Shown: one piece after another, positions 48,012 through 61,242 of the stretch
How positions within the stretch are numbered: position 1 is the first letter of the stretch
Layout of the letters: each line of letters opens with the position of its first letter
Assembly: GCF_964213995.1 (NCBI RefSeq)
Contig: NC_135830.1
Location: 11,842,001 to 11,906,000 of the forward strand
Source of the DNA: Mustelus asterias
Lineage: Eukaryota
DNA length: 64,000 nucleotides
Reading direction: 5' to 3'
Made by a program: the position numbers and the translations under genes
The notes under the pieces: model-generated
What the model was told of the DNA's origin: nothing
Databases searched by the model: none
The model's input: the letters and a program-made list of their open reading frames with translations, nothing else

Positions 48012-49387
48012 AGTGATGTGGTCACGGAGTGACATCACCTTTTGTGTTCGTGTTGAATATCTTTTGAGTTTACTTCTTTAAATAAGATAGCACAAATACT
48101 GACGACTGTGTATATATTAAATCTTTAAATTGGAATGTATAAATAAGAGTTTTTTTGGAAAGCTATTCCAAAACATTGCACACCAGTGAAATTTAAAAAT
48201 ACTCCGACATTCCATTTCCAAAATGAGATTTCTAACTATTTGACACAAGGTAACTCATTCGAGGCAAACTTGTTTCTTGGCTCAGATGTGTGGATTTTGT
48301 GTGGATTTAGATTAATAATCCATCAATAAACTCACTGAGATCAGCTCAGACCGGGGGTTCTGTGTGTTGTCTGTGAGCGTTCAGCTGCAAACGAAAGCAA
48401 TTTAGAATATGAACCTGGATGAATGCATCTCAATTTCTAATTTGACCCACGTGATTGGTAAGTCAGTTCAGAATACCTGGTTAATCAAATTCCTGACCTG
48501 TACACCCACCTTCTGAGATGTATAAAAGTAGTCGAGAATTGTTGAGCAGAATGTGGAAAGCTCTGTGTCGCCGGTGGTTGAATCACTCTCTTTGAGGATT
48601 ACACGGCCATGAGACTAATTCTGTAGCGTGAATACGGAGGGAATAGAAGGATCCGGGCCGAGTGAGGGTGGAAGATTTTTTTTTGTAGTTTTTTCAGGAC
48701 ACCATGATCAGCACAGGTCCTGAAGGGCCGAAGGGCCTGATCCTGTGCTCTCCTTTTGTTTGTTATTTTGTTCTTTGTTTTAACTGAATCACTGAGTGCT
48801 TTCAGAACTTTCTCATTTTAGTTTACATTTCCTGAATGAGCGTTGGGACACATACCGCAGGATCTCCGCCCCCACCTCTGGCCAAGTCAACTGTTCAATA
48901 TCCAGCTACCTTACTGCGATTTGACAGAAAATCAATTGCAATGGTATCTCAGCTCTCTGGTTTATCTTTCCAGCGGCCTGTCATCCACTGCTTCACGCTG
49001 ATTGGACAGGAATCATCCAACCATCGCCCTCTTGGAATGTGGGTTTACAATACCCAGAGTGCACCAGTGGAGATAGGCAGAAGAAGTGAGGTCATGGAGC
49101 GGGAATGAGGTAACCAAAAGGAAGTGAAGTCACAGAGGACACGCACACAGACACCTGGGGTTAAGGGTTAAGATTTGCATTGTCAATTCGGAGTCCGAAT
49201 GGGGCAGGGGTTAAAGCGGAACTGAAGGCTCATTAGGGTCAGCGACAGAAAGAGAGAGGGAGAGATAACTAGCATAGAAAGACAACAACAGGATCAGTAA
49301 CCGTGAGAGACGGGGAGAGAGAGATAAATACCATCGGAATAAAACAAAAGGATCAGATACCCAGAGGGAGGGAAGGAGAGAGAAAGA

Positions 49388-49746
49388 GAGAACAAAGAAC
49401 AAAGAATAAAGAACAATACAGCACAGGAACAGGCCCTTCGGCCCTCCAAGCCCGTGCCGCTCCCTGGTCCAAACTAGACCATTCTTTTGTATCCCTCCAT
49501 TCTCACTTCGTTCATATGGCTATCTAGATAAGTCTTCAACGTTCCCAGTGTGTCCGCCTCCACCACCTTGCCTGGCAGCGCATTCCAGGCCCCCACCACC
49601 CTCTGTGTAAAATATGTCCTTCTGATATCTGTGTTAAACCTACCCCCCTTCACCTTGAACCTATGACCCCTCGTGAACGTCACCACCGACCTGGGGAAAA
49701 GCTTCCCACCGTTCACCCTATCTATGCCTTTCATAATTTTATACAC
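49388..49746 (-). mobile_element. CR1 'B'-subfamily 3' fragment (short 3'UTR)
   Basis: Same C-terminus and tail on the minus strand. Confidence 0.85.
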
Positions 49747-50859
49747 GAGAGAGAGAGATAATCATGATGATGGAGGATAACTCTGGAGTTGCATACAATA
49801 ATAGTTCAATTGTTAAAAAAAACTGAATTGTATATTTCAATATGGACACAAACATCAAAAATGGCTGGGAATGTAAACAAGCCACTGACAGCAATGTCTG
49901 CAGCGTCTCTCTCGAAGGAATAATGGAACACCACCCTCTGTTTCCAGACAAAGTAACTGTAAAACAATTGAAAGACTGGTTACCATCTCCGGTAATGACA
50001 AAGGGACATAACAATTTTTATCTGAAAGACCTGGGTGTTAATTACCTTATTGAGAATGTTTATCCTGGGTTTCCACTTTGAAGACTCAAAACACACCAGT
50101 TAAAAGCTATCCCAGAGATTTGTCCAGGGCTACTGCCTCTTAGTCAGTCGGTATGCGTGTGGGTCTGAGCCAATTATCTGAAAAAACACTTGGAAGTTTG
50201 CCACATGGAAAACGAAACGGTAACTGGAGCAGTGCCCCTACAAAAATATCCAGCTTTTGCAGGAACATCTAAAATTCCTTCTCTGATTGCGAAAGTCAAT
50301 CAACCAGCAGAACGATTGCAACTGGAAAAGGTTCTGAAATCTCTCTACTTAACTGCAGGACACCAGAGCTGAATAACAACTACGGGAACAATCTGTATCG
50401 ACCACAGCGCTCATTGTCTGCTCCTTGCCACTCAAGGACAGTTCCATACAACGTTTTATTTATATTTGCTTGCGATTGGACACAATTGTTATGTCTAATC
50501 TGATTGAATGTAGATTCATATGTTTTACCATTTATTCTTACCCTTATTGTTGTGAATAAACTTACTCTGTCTTCACCCAAGAAAGCCTAGTTAAATTGGT
50601 TGCTTTTTAAAACATTTTTATTGAGCCAGAAAAAGCTATTGAAGGGAAAGCGATCCTTGCAATATTCAAACTTCATGCTAGGAGCAGAGGGTGGATTGGA
50701 AAAAGGCATGGAACCAGCCATCCACACCCAGGTTTGTGTTAATTGGGGAGATGCGGGGGGAGGGGGGTGGGGGGGGGGGAGGTGTGGGGGTGGGGGGATG
50801 GGCAGCGGCCTTACCCAGATCAACAAACTGTGGGAAACGTCACCTGGGGCTGGTCTTAA

Positions 50860-51430
50860 CAAAGCAGAGAGGGGCAGAGAGACAGAGATTGAGGGGGAGT
50901 GGAACAGACTGACGGCGAGAGAGAATGGGTGAGGCAGACAGCAAGAGAAACAGATAAAAATAGGGAGAGAGGGAGAATGAAATAGAGAGGTAAAGAGGCA
51001 GAGACGGAGAAAGTGAGAGGGCAAGTGAGACAGAGAGTGGGGAACAGGAAAACGGCAGAGAAAATGAGCCAAAGAGACACAGCCAGAAAGAGAGTGAGGA
51101 GAAGGAGAGGGCTGAGAGGGAGTTGTGAAAGAAGAGAGACATAGGCATCAGGAGACAGAAAGAGTGACGGACAGAGGCAGAGAGAGATAGAGAGGTAGGG
51201 ACAGGCATGCAGAAGATGAAAAACAAAGATGAGAAAGATGAAAAAGAAAAAAAAAAGCAAAGATAGAGGCGAGAAATAGCTGGAGACAGAAAGACTCGCA
51301 GAGGGAATAGAGCGAGTGATCGAGGTTTAGAGAGAGGTCGATGTGGAGAGGGAAACACAGAGAAAGAGAAATGCAGAAAGATAGCAATAGTTGAGAGGGA
51401 CGGGATAAGCAGAGAGGGAGCCAGTGAGAC
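50860..51430. repeat. GA-rich low-complexity tract
   Basis: Degenerate (GA)n. Confidence 0.85.
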
Positions 51431-52139
51431 AGACTTACCAAAAGAAATGAGTCCGTCTTGCTGAAAGCACTGGCGTGCTTATGATCCGCGGTTCATGAGG
51501 AATAATTTTTATTCCCTCAAGTTTCACAGTGCTCCAGTGGTTGCCTCTGTTTCATCCGCCCAGCAACAACTTTACTGCTGCAAGAATTGTGGAGCTCCAT
51601 TTAAACCGCTCCCCAGGACTTGTTACACAACGACTGCAGGGGATGTCCGGCAAGAATTCAGCATCGCATTGTTGACAGGACGCCCTCAACAGGATGCTGG
51701 ATGGTGTGGAAAGGAGGTGGGACATACTTTACCCCCACTCCAGATGACAACCTTCCAGCAGGGTCAGAATTTTCAGCTGGAATGCAGTGGCAGCCCTGGT
51801 GAGTGCAAGTGCGTTCCAGTAGAAGATGGAGAAGCATTGTCGGAAGAAAAGGAATGATCTTCTTCATTCAGCCTGAGTAAGTTTCACAGGGCTCGGCGTT
51901 GGGACCCTTGCTGTTTGCGTTATATATTAATGATATAGACGTGGGAGGCACAGTTGTTTAATTTGCAGATGACACAACGATTGGCCAAGTAGTGGATAGA
52001 GTAGAGGATAGCTATAGTCTCCAAAACAATATCGATGGGTTGGTGAAATGGGCGGTAAAGTGTCAGATGGTTTTTGACATAGAGAAGGTCATGCATTTAA
52101 GGAGGTCAAGCAGTTAGAGTGGATGCCAAAAGAACACAT

Positions 52140-52710
52140 CTGTTGTTTCCCAACGGAACGAACACGGATATCTACTGCTTGATGAAGTGCAGGCCTGAGG
52201 TATTCAAGTCGGGTGACCGTGACCTATACAAGAAAGCCAGATAAGATCTACACGAACCATCAAATATGTCGAGAGACAGTAGCAGACAAAGCTAGAGTCC
52301 CAGGCTCGCCACACGGACTCACGTTGATGTATTCAAGAAAATACAGGCTACACGGCCAAGGCATGTAGAATCGCCGGCACCAATGCACCCCTCCCAGATG
52401 AGCTCAATGTATTTGATATCCGTTTTGAGCAAGATGTCGGTGAGAGCTCGCCTTCCACCCTGGAAGCCTCGGCTGAACCGCTATCGAGGTCACCATCCAG
52501 ACATCAGATCGGCCTTCTCGAAAGTTAACCCCCGGAAACCGACTGGCCTGGATGGGGTACCCGGACGGGCAGTCAGAACCTGCGTGGACCAGCTGGCTGG
52601 TGTATTTGCAAACATCTTTAACCGCTCCTTACACCGATCTGAGGTGCCTTTCTGCTTCAGGCAGACGATCACCATCCTTGTACCAAAGGCAACGTGCCTC
52701 AATGATGATC
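52140..52710 (+). mobile_element. Rex1/Babar-like LINE fragment
   Basis: VNPRKPTGLDGVPGRAVRTCVDQLAGVFANIFNRSL...VP. Confidence 0.7.
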
Positions 52711-53009
52711 AGAAAGTTGGAAAGCCAAAGAGCAACTCTTGCCGCTCTGCACCGAATTCCCACTTCGTTCCAAATGCAACAATATCCTCCCTCACTCTGG
52801 CTGTGTCTCACTCAGTATGCGCTCACTCTCAACCGTTGGTGCTCCCACTGACTTTCGATTCCAAAGGGACGTTCCAGCATTTTCCTGCTGCTGAGGTTGT
52901 TGTGTGTGCGGGTGTGTTGTGCAGATTTGGAAGCTGAACTGGACATTGTCAGAGTTGCTGGGATTGCTGTGTATGGCCTCTGGATTTCTAATCCACTTCC
53001 ATATCCACT

Positions 53010-53420
53010 GCACCAACCGCGCTCAGTCTGCCACCCCGGCCCTTTAAATACTCGCCTCCTCCCCCGGCACAGCCAATCACAACATCGTTTTTTCCCCGCG
53101 CTCGCGCTCCGAACCTTGGGACTTAAATCGTGGCTCATCGCCCCGCCTCCTCCAGCTCGTGCTGTCGGAGCAACCAATCAGAACATTGCCCTCGGGCCTT
53201 GGCCGTTAGGGTTTGAAGGTTTAGCTCCGCCCCTCCAGCTCGTGCTGACTGACTAACTCCCCAATCAGAGCGGGAGCATCTTCCCCGTGATCCATCTAGC
53301 CCCTCCCCCACACTTTCGTGCTGTCTGACCCTCAATCAGAGCGGGAGCTTTTTTCCCACGCTCCCTTTTCCGGCCGCTCGCGCTTTTGCCGTTGGGAGTT
53401 TAATGGCTGAGCTCGCGAGG
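53010..53420. promoter_or_regulatory. CpG-rich, multi-CCAAT promoter-like island
   Basis: CCAATCA near 53073, 53174 and 53261, TCAATCA near 53332, GC box, TATTTAAA on the minus strand near 53045. Confidence 0.45.
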
Positions 53421-55006
53421 CCACTCCTTCAGTCTCCTCCAGTCACTCTGCAGAGCGGCCTCAGGGGCTCCTCCAGCCCGCTTCCCAGTCACTCATAACC
53501 CTCAGGGAAAAAGGGGAAGCATGCAAACCGAGAGTGTGTGGGTTGTAGGGATTATTGAAGCCAATTCCAGCCGCATTCTCTTTCGGAAAACCAACAGCAA
53601 AAAAAACCTCCCAGAAACCTGGAGTGTGGGGGGTGTGTATTGATGGAGCGAATTCCTCTTTCAATCTCTCGGTGCAAAACCAGCAGCAAAAACACACAAA
53701 TTGCTGAGGAAAAGACCAGGTGCATCTCGGCGGTGCTCCGGCTACAGGGTTGTTGAAGATGTCGTGGCGTTTGGTGTCTTTTACCGAATCCACCAGGAGT
53801 CCGGGCGCGGCGTCCAGTTTGCCGTTGGTCCCTCTGGACCGTCCAGCAACATCGATAATGCAGTCAAAGTCACTATTAGTAAAATAAAGGTAATCATGAG
53901 GGCTTTAAATTTGTATTCGTAAACATTTGAAATGAGCTCTAATTTTAGGTGTGTTTAATTTACGGTTTCTGTGCCTGGAAGCTGTAGTTGGATTCATGTT
54001 GGACAAAGGTGTTTATGTGTATGGGGGTTGGTTAATTTCTAAAAGTTTTTGTTGTGCTTAGATAGAGCGACAGCGTGAAGAGGAAACTAAGCGGACAGCA
54101 CAGGTGAAGTGTTGCTTATCAAATGGAGGTCCTTATAAGGTAAAACGCTTTTTAGTTTTAGTTCAGCTAATTTGAGAGCAATTGGAGCCAGATAACTGAT
54201 AATAAGCAACTCTTAACTCTGCAACGGAGATGGAAATCGGTGGATCTTGTGTTGGTTCATTCTTCATTTAAATCCAAAATTAAATGATTTGGTTAATTTT
54301 ACATCTCAAGAATTTTGTTTCAGAGAACTGAAGGCAGTTATTCATCTCTAAGCCAATTTTCCAGGCTCGATAATCGTGAACTCTCATCTTGACATATCAA
54401 ATGTGTTAAGGAATGGATCAGGAACCCCAGAGTATAGTATGAAGCCTGACTAGATCCCAACAGTTTTTCTATTTTGGCTTTCGTGTGAGAATGAAGTGTT
54501 CCACACCAGGTGTGATTCTATTGACACGGGGTAGTTTTCATCGAAACAAACTTTATTTAACAATACAGGTTTAACATAACAAACGGATTAGCTTAACGTT
54601 TATCAATTGGAATACTTAAAAATGACAAGGCACAATTCTCAGCTCCGAACGAATCTCTATTAGTTCCAATTCAAGCAATATTCTTAGTATAATATTAAAC
54701 TCCTCTTCAAAATCAATTAGCAATACACAGGCTTATTTGCTTGTTCTTGTTAACAGTCCTTTGTATATTTGTACTTGGGCTGCCAGTCCTCGAGCCTTCA
54801 GAGCACCTCTGGAGAGAAAGAGAGGGAAAGATTATTTCTCCTTGTAGGTCCCAAAGAGGAGCCTTAGGGGAGCGAGTGAGAGAGAAAGAGAGAGAGCGAG
54901 CGAGAGAGAGAGAGACAGAGTATCTTACTTCCTTTAGGACCTGACAGTGACTGCTTGCTTTTCCCTCCTACCCTTATGCACATGACTGCCAATGAACTTA
55001 ATCAAA

Positions 55007-55266
55007 ACCCAGGATTGGGTGACTGTCTGTGCAGAGTTTGCACATTCTCCCTGTGTCTCATGGGTTCCCTCCATGTGGCCCAGCGTTCTCCCAGTCCAAA
55101 TATCTACGGGTTCGATGGACAGGCCATGCTAAATTGTACCATAGTGTAAGGGGGACTAGCAGGGTAAATAGGTGAGATTACGTGGACAATATCTGGGTGG
55201 GATTGTTGACGGTGCAAGCTCAATGGGCCGAATGGCCTTCTTCTGCACTGCAGATATTCTATGATT
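55007..55266 (+). mobile_element. 5'-truncated HE1-like SINE
   Basis: Core GACTGTCTGTGCAGAGTTTGCAC; tail GGGCCGAATGGCCT...TTCTATGATT. Confidence 0.7.
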
Positions 55267-55774
55267 CCGTCCCGCTCAGGGCGGTCAGTGAGTCTGAGAA
55301 CATTAACCACCCCAGCTCAACTACAAATGTTCACTTTAGAGAAACTCCTTTAAGATACGGATACATGGAATCAGACATTGGAAGCAGTCGGCATTTTCAT
55401 CGGACTGAAAGGACAACTGACAGGAAAAGGAAAGAAAAATAACCCATGGTCAAGGTTACTGCAAGGAAGAAGGGATTTCTTCTCCATAACTTCCTTACAG
55501 TAGAGGTCTTTATTCTAATGATTAAAACGTTGTACACATGTTCCTGGTGTAGGTGAAACAACAGTTATGAATAGTTGGTATAACGTTGGCGTTGTCCTTG
55601 GAGGATAGTTGCATTGAACAAGTGAATTATCTGGGATGCGTTCAGAGATTGGTAGGAACTGCAGGACTGTGTAAGGGTTTATGCTCCATGCGGTCATGCT
55701 GATGTGCAATGGCACTGGTTACTGGGCGCAGTCACAGGAGTAAAGCAGCTAGTGTCATTGGCTGGAAATTCAGA

Positions 55775-57709
55775 ATAGAGTCATAGAGGTTTACAGCATG
55801 GAAAGAGGCCCTTCGGCCCAACTTGTCCATGCCACCCTTTTTTTTAAACCCGTGAGCTAATCCCATTTGCCCGCATTTGGCCCATATCCCTCCATACCCA
55901 TCATACCCATGTAACTATCTAAATGCTTTTTCAAAGATAAAATGGTACCAGCCTCTACTACTACCTCTGGCAGCTTGTTCCAGACACTCACCATCCTCTG
56001 TGTGAAAAAAAATGCCCCTCTGGACACTTTTGTATCTCTCCCCTCTCACCTTAAACCTATGCCTTCTAGTTTTATACTCCCCTACATTTGGGAAAATATA
56101 TTGACTATCTACCTTGTCAATGCCCCTCATTATTTTATAGACCTCTAAAAGGTCACCCCTCAGCCTCCGGAGAAAGAAGTCCCAGTCTATTCAGCCTCTC
56201 CTTATAACTCAATCCATCAAGTCCCGGTAGCATCCTAGTAAAACTTTTCTGCACTCTTTCTAGTTTAATAATATCCTTTCTATAATAGGGTGACCAGAAT
56301 TGCACGCAGTATTCCAAGTGTGGCCTTATCAATGTCTTGTACAACTTTAACAAGACGTCCCAACTCCTGTATTCAATGTTCTGACCGATGAAACCAAGCA
56401 TGCCAAATGCCCTCTTCCCCACTCTGTCCACCCGTCATTCCACTTTCAAAGAGCTATGAACCTGTACCCCTAGATCTCTTTGTTATGTAACTCTCCCCAA
56501 CGCCCTACCATTAACTGAATAAGTCCTGGCCTGGTTCAATCTACCAAAATGCATCACCTCGCATTTGTCTAAATTAAACTCCATCTGCCATTCGCCAGCC
56601 CACTGGCCCAATTGATCAAGATCCCGTTGCAGTTGGAGATAACTTTCTTCACTGTCCACTATGCCACCAAGCTTGGTGTCATCTGCAAACTTACTAACCA
56701 TGCCCCGTATATTCTCATCCAAATCATTAATATAAATGACAAATAACAGTGGGCCCAGCACTGATCCCTGAGGCACACCACTGGTCAAAGGCCTCCAGTT
56801 TGAAAAACAACTCTCTACAACCACCCCCTGGCTTCTGTCAAGAAGCCAATTTTGTATCCAATTAGATACCACACCCTAGATACCGTAAGATTAACCTTAA
56901 TCCAACAACCTACCATGTGGTACCTTGTCAAAGGCCTTGCTAAAGTCCATGCAGACAACATCAACTGCACTGCTCTCATCTACCTTCTTGGTTACCCCTT
57001 CAAAAAACTCAATAAAATTTGTGAGTCATGATTGTCCACTCACAAAGCCATGTTGACTGTCCCTAATCAGTCCCTAAATCTCTAAATGCCTGTAGATCCT
57101 GCCTCTCAAAATACCTTCCAACAATTTACCCACCACAGACGTGAGGCTCACTGGCCTGTAGTTCCCAGGCTATTTGCTACAGCCTTTTTTAAACAAAGGC
57201 ACAACATTTGCCACTCTCCAATCTTCAGGCACCTCACCCGTGACTATCGATGATTCAATTATCTCGGCCATGAGACCCGCAATTTCCTCCCTCGCCTCCC
57301 ACAACTTCCTGGGTTATACCTCATCAGGTCCCGGAGATTTATCTACCTTCATGCGCTTTAAGACTTCCAGCACCTCCTTTTCTGTAATGTGTACAGTCCT
57401 CAAGACATCACTATTTATTTCCCCAAGTTCCCTAACATCCATGCTTTTCTCAATAGTAAATACTGATGAGAAATATTCATTTAGCATCTCACCCATCTCT
57501 TGTGGATCTGCACACAGATGACCTTGTTGATCCTTAAGCGGCCCTACTCTCTCCCTTGTTACTCTTTAGCTCCTGATGTATTTGTAGAAGCTCTTTGGAT
57601 TCTCCTTTGCCTTATCTGCCAAAGCAATTTCGTGTCCCCTTTTTGCCCTCCTGATTTCTCTCTTAACTGTCCTCCGACGCGCCCTATAGTCTTCAAGGGA
57701 TTCACTTGA
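55775..57709 (-). mobile_element. 5'-truncated degraded CR1
   Basis: Fragmented RT ORFs (KSPGPD, GVPQGSVLGP, KFADDTK, RPHLEYC); CTCTATGA tail. Confidence 0.9.
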
Positions 57710-59636
57710 ATATATCAGAGCTTTAATTGTCGTAACTCCTGGCCACTGTCAGGATGTAGGAGTGAGGCAGAATCGTGGATGGAGCGGGACTGAAAAATAC
57801 ATATTTCAATCCCAGCATCACTAGTCAAACTACTTTGTGCAATTTTTAATTTGTCTCTCTAACACACCAGATACAGTAATATCTCGGCATGTATGTCACT
57901 GCAGACACAGAGGGTAGTTCCAAACTTCACTTATTTTGATTTTGACAATCGGATAAAAGTCTTTGTTATTTATAAATTACCTAGTGGAATAAAGGCTCCT
58001 CTAACAACAGAAGGTCCTGTCAGGTATTATCAGTGATGAAAGCTTGCACAAGTGAAATATTCCAATGGCCTTTACAACATTGAACGTGGAAGTAAAATTT
58101 GTTTATTTAATAACCAGATATTTTTTCAAAAGCAACCAGTTCTCACAATGGTTTGGTCAATACACCGCAAATTATAACCATGTCGACGGTTTCCTTATTA
58201 TAACGTGGCCAGAAAGAGAGGATAGCTGCTGTGTGGCTTTATAATGACTGGAGTCAATGTGTTGGGAACATTTTCCATTTCAGGCCTGATATTTTTAAGA
58301 GGTATTTCCGATCTCTTTCTCATTGTGAATAGGTGCTGATCTGATTTGTAAAATTTACAATGGTTGAAGCCGGGAGAAAGGACAGACATATATTCGTGTC
58401 ATTCACCGTCATGAGGCGAGTTTCGAGGTACTGTAAAATCAAGGTGTCGGGCAGAATTTTTGAAAATTGGATTGTGTTGTGAGAATAATCGAAAGCTGAA
58501 TGTCAGTGGGACTGTTGAATCAATGTCAATATTACAAGAGTTAATAAAGACTCCCACCCTTGTCACCATCAAAAATAAATTCACCATTTTATGTCTAAAC
58601 CTGACCAGAGGAAGCTGTTTCTCCTGGGCTTTCTCAGCGTTGTCACCCTCTGGAAGAAACGTTAAAGCAACTCAGTGTTTGCTCTATCAGATGTACCTGA
58701 AGAAGCTGACACTGGATTAAACTAATTCACCATCGCCTCTCCTCTCCATCCCTCTCCCCATCCTCTCCCCCAACTTCCCGCCACCCCGCCCCCCCCCCTC
58801 CCGCCATACAAACATACACACACACGCACGCCACCCAAGAATCTCAATGCCCTGAGAGCAGCCTGGTTCACACAGGGACTGAGTATTGGGTAAGAGTGAT
58901 CACGGCGTTGCATCATTTAATTTGATAATGGAAAAGTACAGGGAACATTCCAAACAAACAAAAACAATTCACGGCAGGAAAACTGATTTCCATGGGAAAT
59001 CCAGAACGTATCCGGCTCAGATAAATCAGTATCAAATACCATCAGGCAAAACTTTGTAACTGAACTTTGAAGAAGATATATACTAGGTACACACAAGGCA
59101 AATTCACATGGAGGGGAAAGATGAGGCAAACAAATGCAAAGCTCCCTCGATGGTGAGAGAGACAGAGATTAATATTAAGTAGATGAACAAACGGGTTTAT
59201 AACAGATGTCAGGTGGGTAGTACAATTGGGAAGGGGGATGTGTGACACTATTGTGTCTTTAAGAATTGCATTTTAATCATGTTTCTCTGCAGATCTTTCA
59301 AGCAGGCCTCGCCTTTCTTGCATTGTTGCCATGATGTCTGTGCCAGTATATTTTATTGTTGTTGAAGCAATATAATTTTGATTTATAATGTTGGCCTAAT
59401 GCAGTGACCTGGAGTTTTGTGACCCCTCTGGGAAATGTTGATTTGCGAATGATTGACAGTTGGTACCTTCTGACAGTCTTTCTTATGACACGTAAATTCC
59501 AAAGGTTTTAGTTTCAGTGTGGTTAGAAGCTAGTTGGACTGCAGGCTGAAAGCAGTGTTTGTTTTTGACTCTGTTCCTGGTGTTGGAAATTCTGCTGTTG
59601 GTGGCTGGCTAACTAAAAGCTAGAGGCATGGTTATT

Positions 59637-60216
59637 TGCTCGGGCTGCAGTAGAGTGTGACAGTTGGTGTCTCACTGAGGGAGTGCTGCTCGGGCTGCAG
59701 TAGAGAGTGACAGTTGGTGTCTCACTGTGGGAGTGCTGCTCGGGCTGCAGTGGAGAGTGACAGTTGGTGTCTCACTGTGGGAGTGCTGCTCGGGCTGCAG
59801 TAGAGAGTGACAGTTGGTGTCTCACTGTGGGAGTGCTGCTCGGGCTGCAGTAGAGTGTGACAGTTGGTGTCTCACTGTGGGAGTGCTGCTCGGGCTGCAG
59901 TGGAGAGTGACAGTTGGTGTCTCACTGTGGGAGTGCTGCTCGGGCTGCAGTAGAGTGTGACAGTTGGTGTCTCACTGAGGGAGTGCTGCTCGGGCTGCAG
60001 TGGAGAGTGACAGTTGGTGTCTCACTGTGGGAGTGCTGCTCGGGCTGCAGTGGAGAGTGACAGTTGGTATCTCACTGTGGGAGTGCTGCTCGGGCTGCAG
60101 TGGAGAGTGACAGTTGGTATCTCACTGTGGGAGTGCTGCTCGGGCTGCAGTGGAGAGTGACAGTTGGTGTCTCAGTGAGGGAGTGCTGCTCGGGCTGCAG
60201 TAGAGTGTGACAGTTG
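59637..60216 (+). repeat. 50-bp tandem monomer array (~11.6 copies) at the CR1 5' end
   Basis: CGGGCTGCAG recurs exactly every 50 nt from 59641 to 60191. Confidence 0.95.
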
Positions 60217-60261
60217 GGGAAGTGTGGGGAAGTTTTTTGTTTTCTTTTTTTCTTGCTGGTA

Positions 60262-61191
60262 ATGGCTTCAGGGATGGCAGTTCAGGCAGTATGCTGCATC
60301 TCCTGTGGGATGTATGTGGTGAGGAAATCCAGTAGTGTTTCAGGAGATTTTAGTTGTAAGAAGTGCATTAGATTGCAGCTTCTGGAGGAGCGTGTAAAGG
60401 AGCTGGAGGGGGAGGTAGAGGAACTCCGCATAATTCGGGAGGCGGAGGTGGAAGTTGATAGGAGTTATAGAGAAATAGTAACTCCTAGAAATGAGGCTTG
60501 GGTCAATGCCAGGAGGAGGGGTAAGAAGCAATCGGGAAGACAATCCCCTGGGGCGGTTCCCCTCCATAATAGGTTTTCGGTGCTGGAGGCTACAGTTGAG
60601 GAGGAATCAACTGAGCATAGAGAGCAGATCTCTGGGGGTGAGCCGAGTGAGAAAGCTCAGGTGGTTAGGGGCTGTAAAAGACTGGGCCTTGTGATTGGGG
60701 ACTCCACAATTAAGGAGACAGATAGGAGGGTCGGAACTAAAGGTAGGGACTCAGGGTTGGTGTGTTGCCTACCAGGGGCTGGGGTCCGGGATGTGTCTGA
60801 CAGGGTATTCAGGACTCTTAGGGGGGAGGGAGATAAACCACAAGTTATTGTACATGTGGGGACACACGACATAGGGAAGATAGGGGAAGGGGATATTAGG
60901 CAGGGATTTATGGAGTTGGGGTGGAAACTAAAGGCCAAGACTGACAGAGTGGTTATCTCTGGACTCTTGCCTGTACCACGGGATAGTTTAGAGAGGAATA
61001 GGGAGAGGGAAGGTTTGAATTCATGGCTGAGGGGATGGTGCAGGAGGGAGGGGTTCAGGTACTTAAGCAATTGGGGCTCGTACTGGGGAAGGTGTGACCT
61101 CTATGAGAAGGATGGTCTACACCTTAATCAGAAGGGGACCAATATCCTGGGGGGTAAATTTGCTAAGGCCATGCAGGGAGGTTTAAACTGA
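60262..61191 (+). CDS. CR1 ORF1p (Zn-finger, coiled coil, SGNH esterase), intact
   Basis: MASGMAVQAVCCISC..CKKC, LVIGDS, VHVGTHDI, DGLHLN. Confidence 0.92.
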   Translation: MASGMAVQAVCCISCGMYVVRKSSSVSGDFSCKKCIRLQLLEERVKELEGEVEELRIIREAEVEVDRSYREIVTPRNEAWVNARRRGKKQSGRQSPGAVPLHNRFSVLEATVEEESTEHREQISGGEPSEKAQVVRGCKRLGLVIGDSTIKETDRRVGTKGRDSGLVCCLPGAGVRDVSDRVFRTLRGEGDKPQVIVHVGTHDIGKIGEGDIRQGFMELGWKLKAKTDRVVISGLLPVPRDSLERNREREGLNSWLRGWCRREGFRYLSNWGSYWGRCDLYEKDGLHLNQKGTNILGGKFAKAMQGGLN

Positions 61192-61242
61192 TTCGGGGGG
61201 GGGGGAGGGATCCTGAGTAGTGGGGCTGAAAGTGAGGGATGC

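Noticed and set aside
50587-51441. Hydrophobic Leu/Ser-rich ORFs
   Set aside because: Antisense reading of the GA-rich tract.
53940-55000. Possible LTR remnants
   Set aside because: LTR-like character, but I could not define termini or a TSD.
59637-60216. CRISPR-like regular array
   Set aside because: Units are contiguous with no unique spacers, there are no cas genes, and the context is a eukaryotic LINE.
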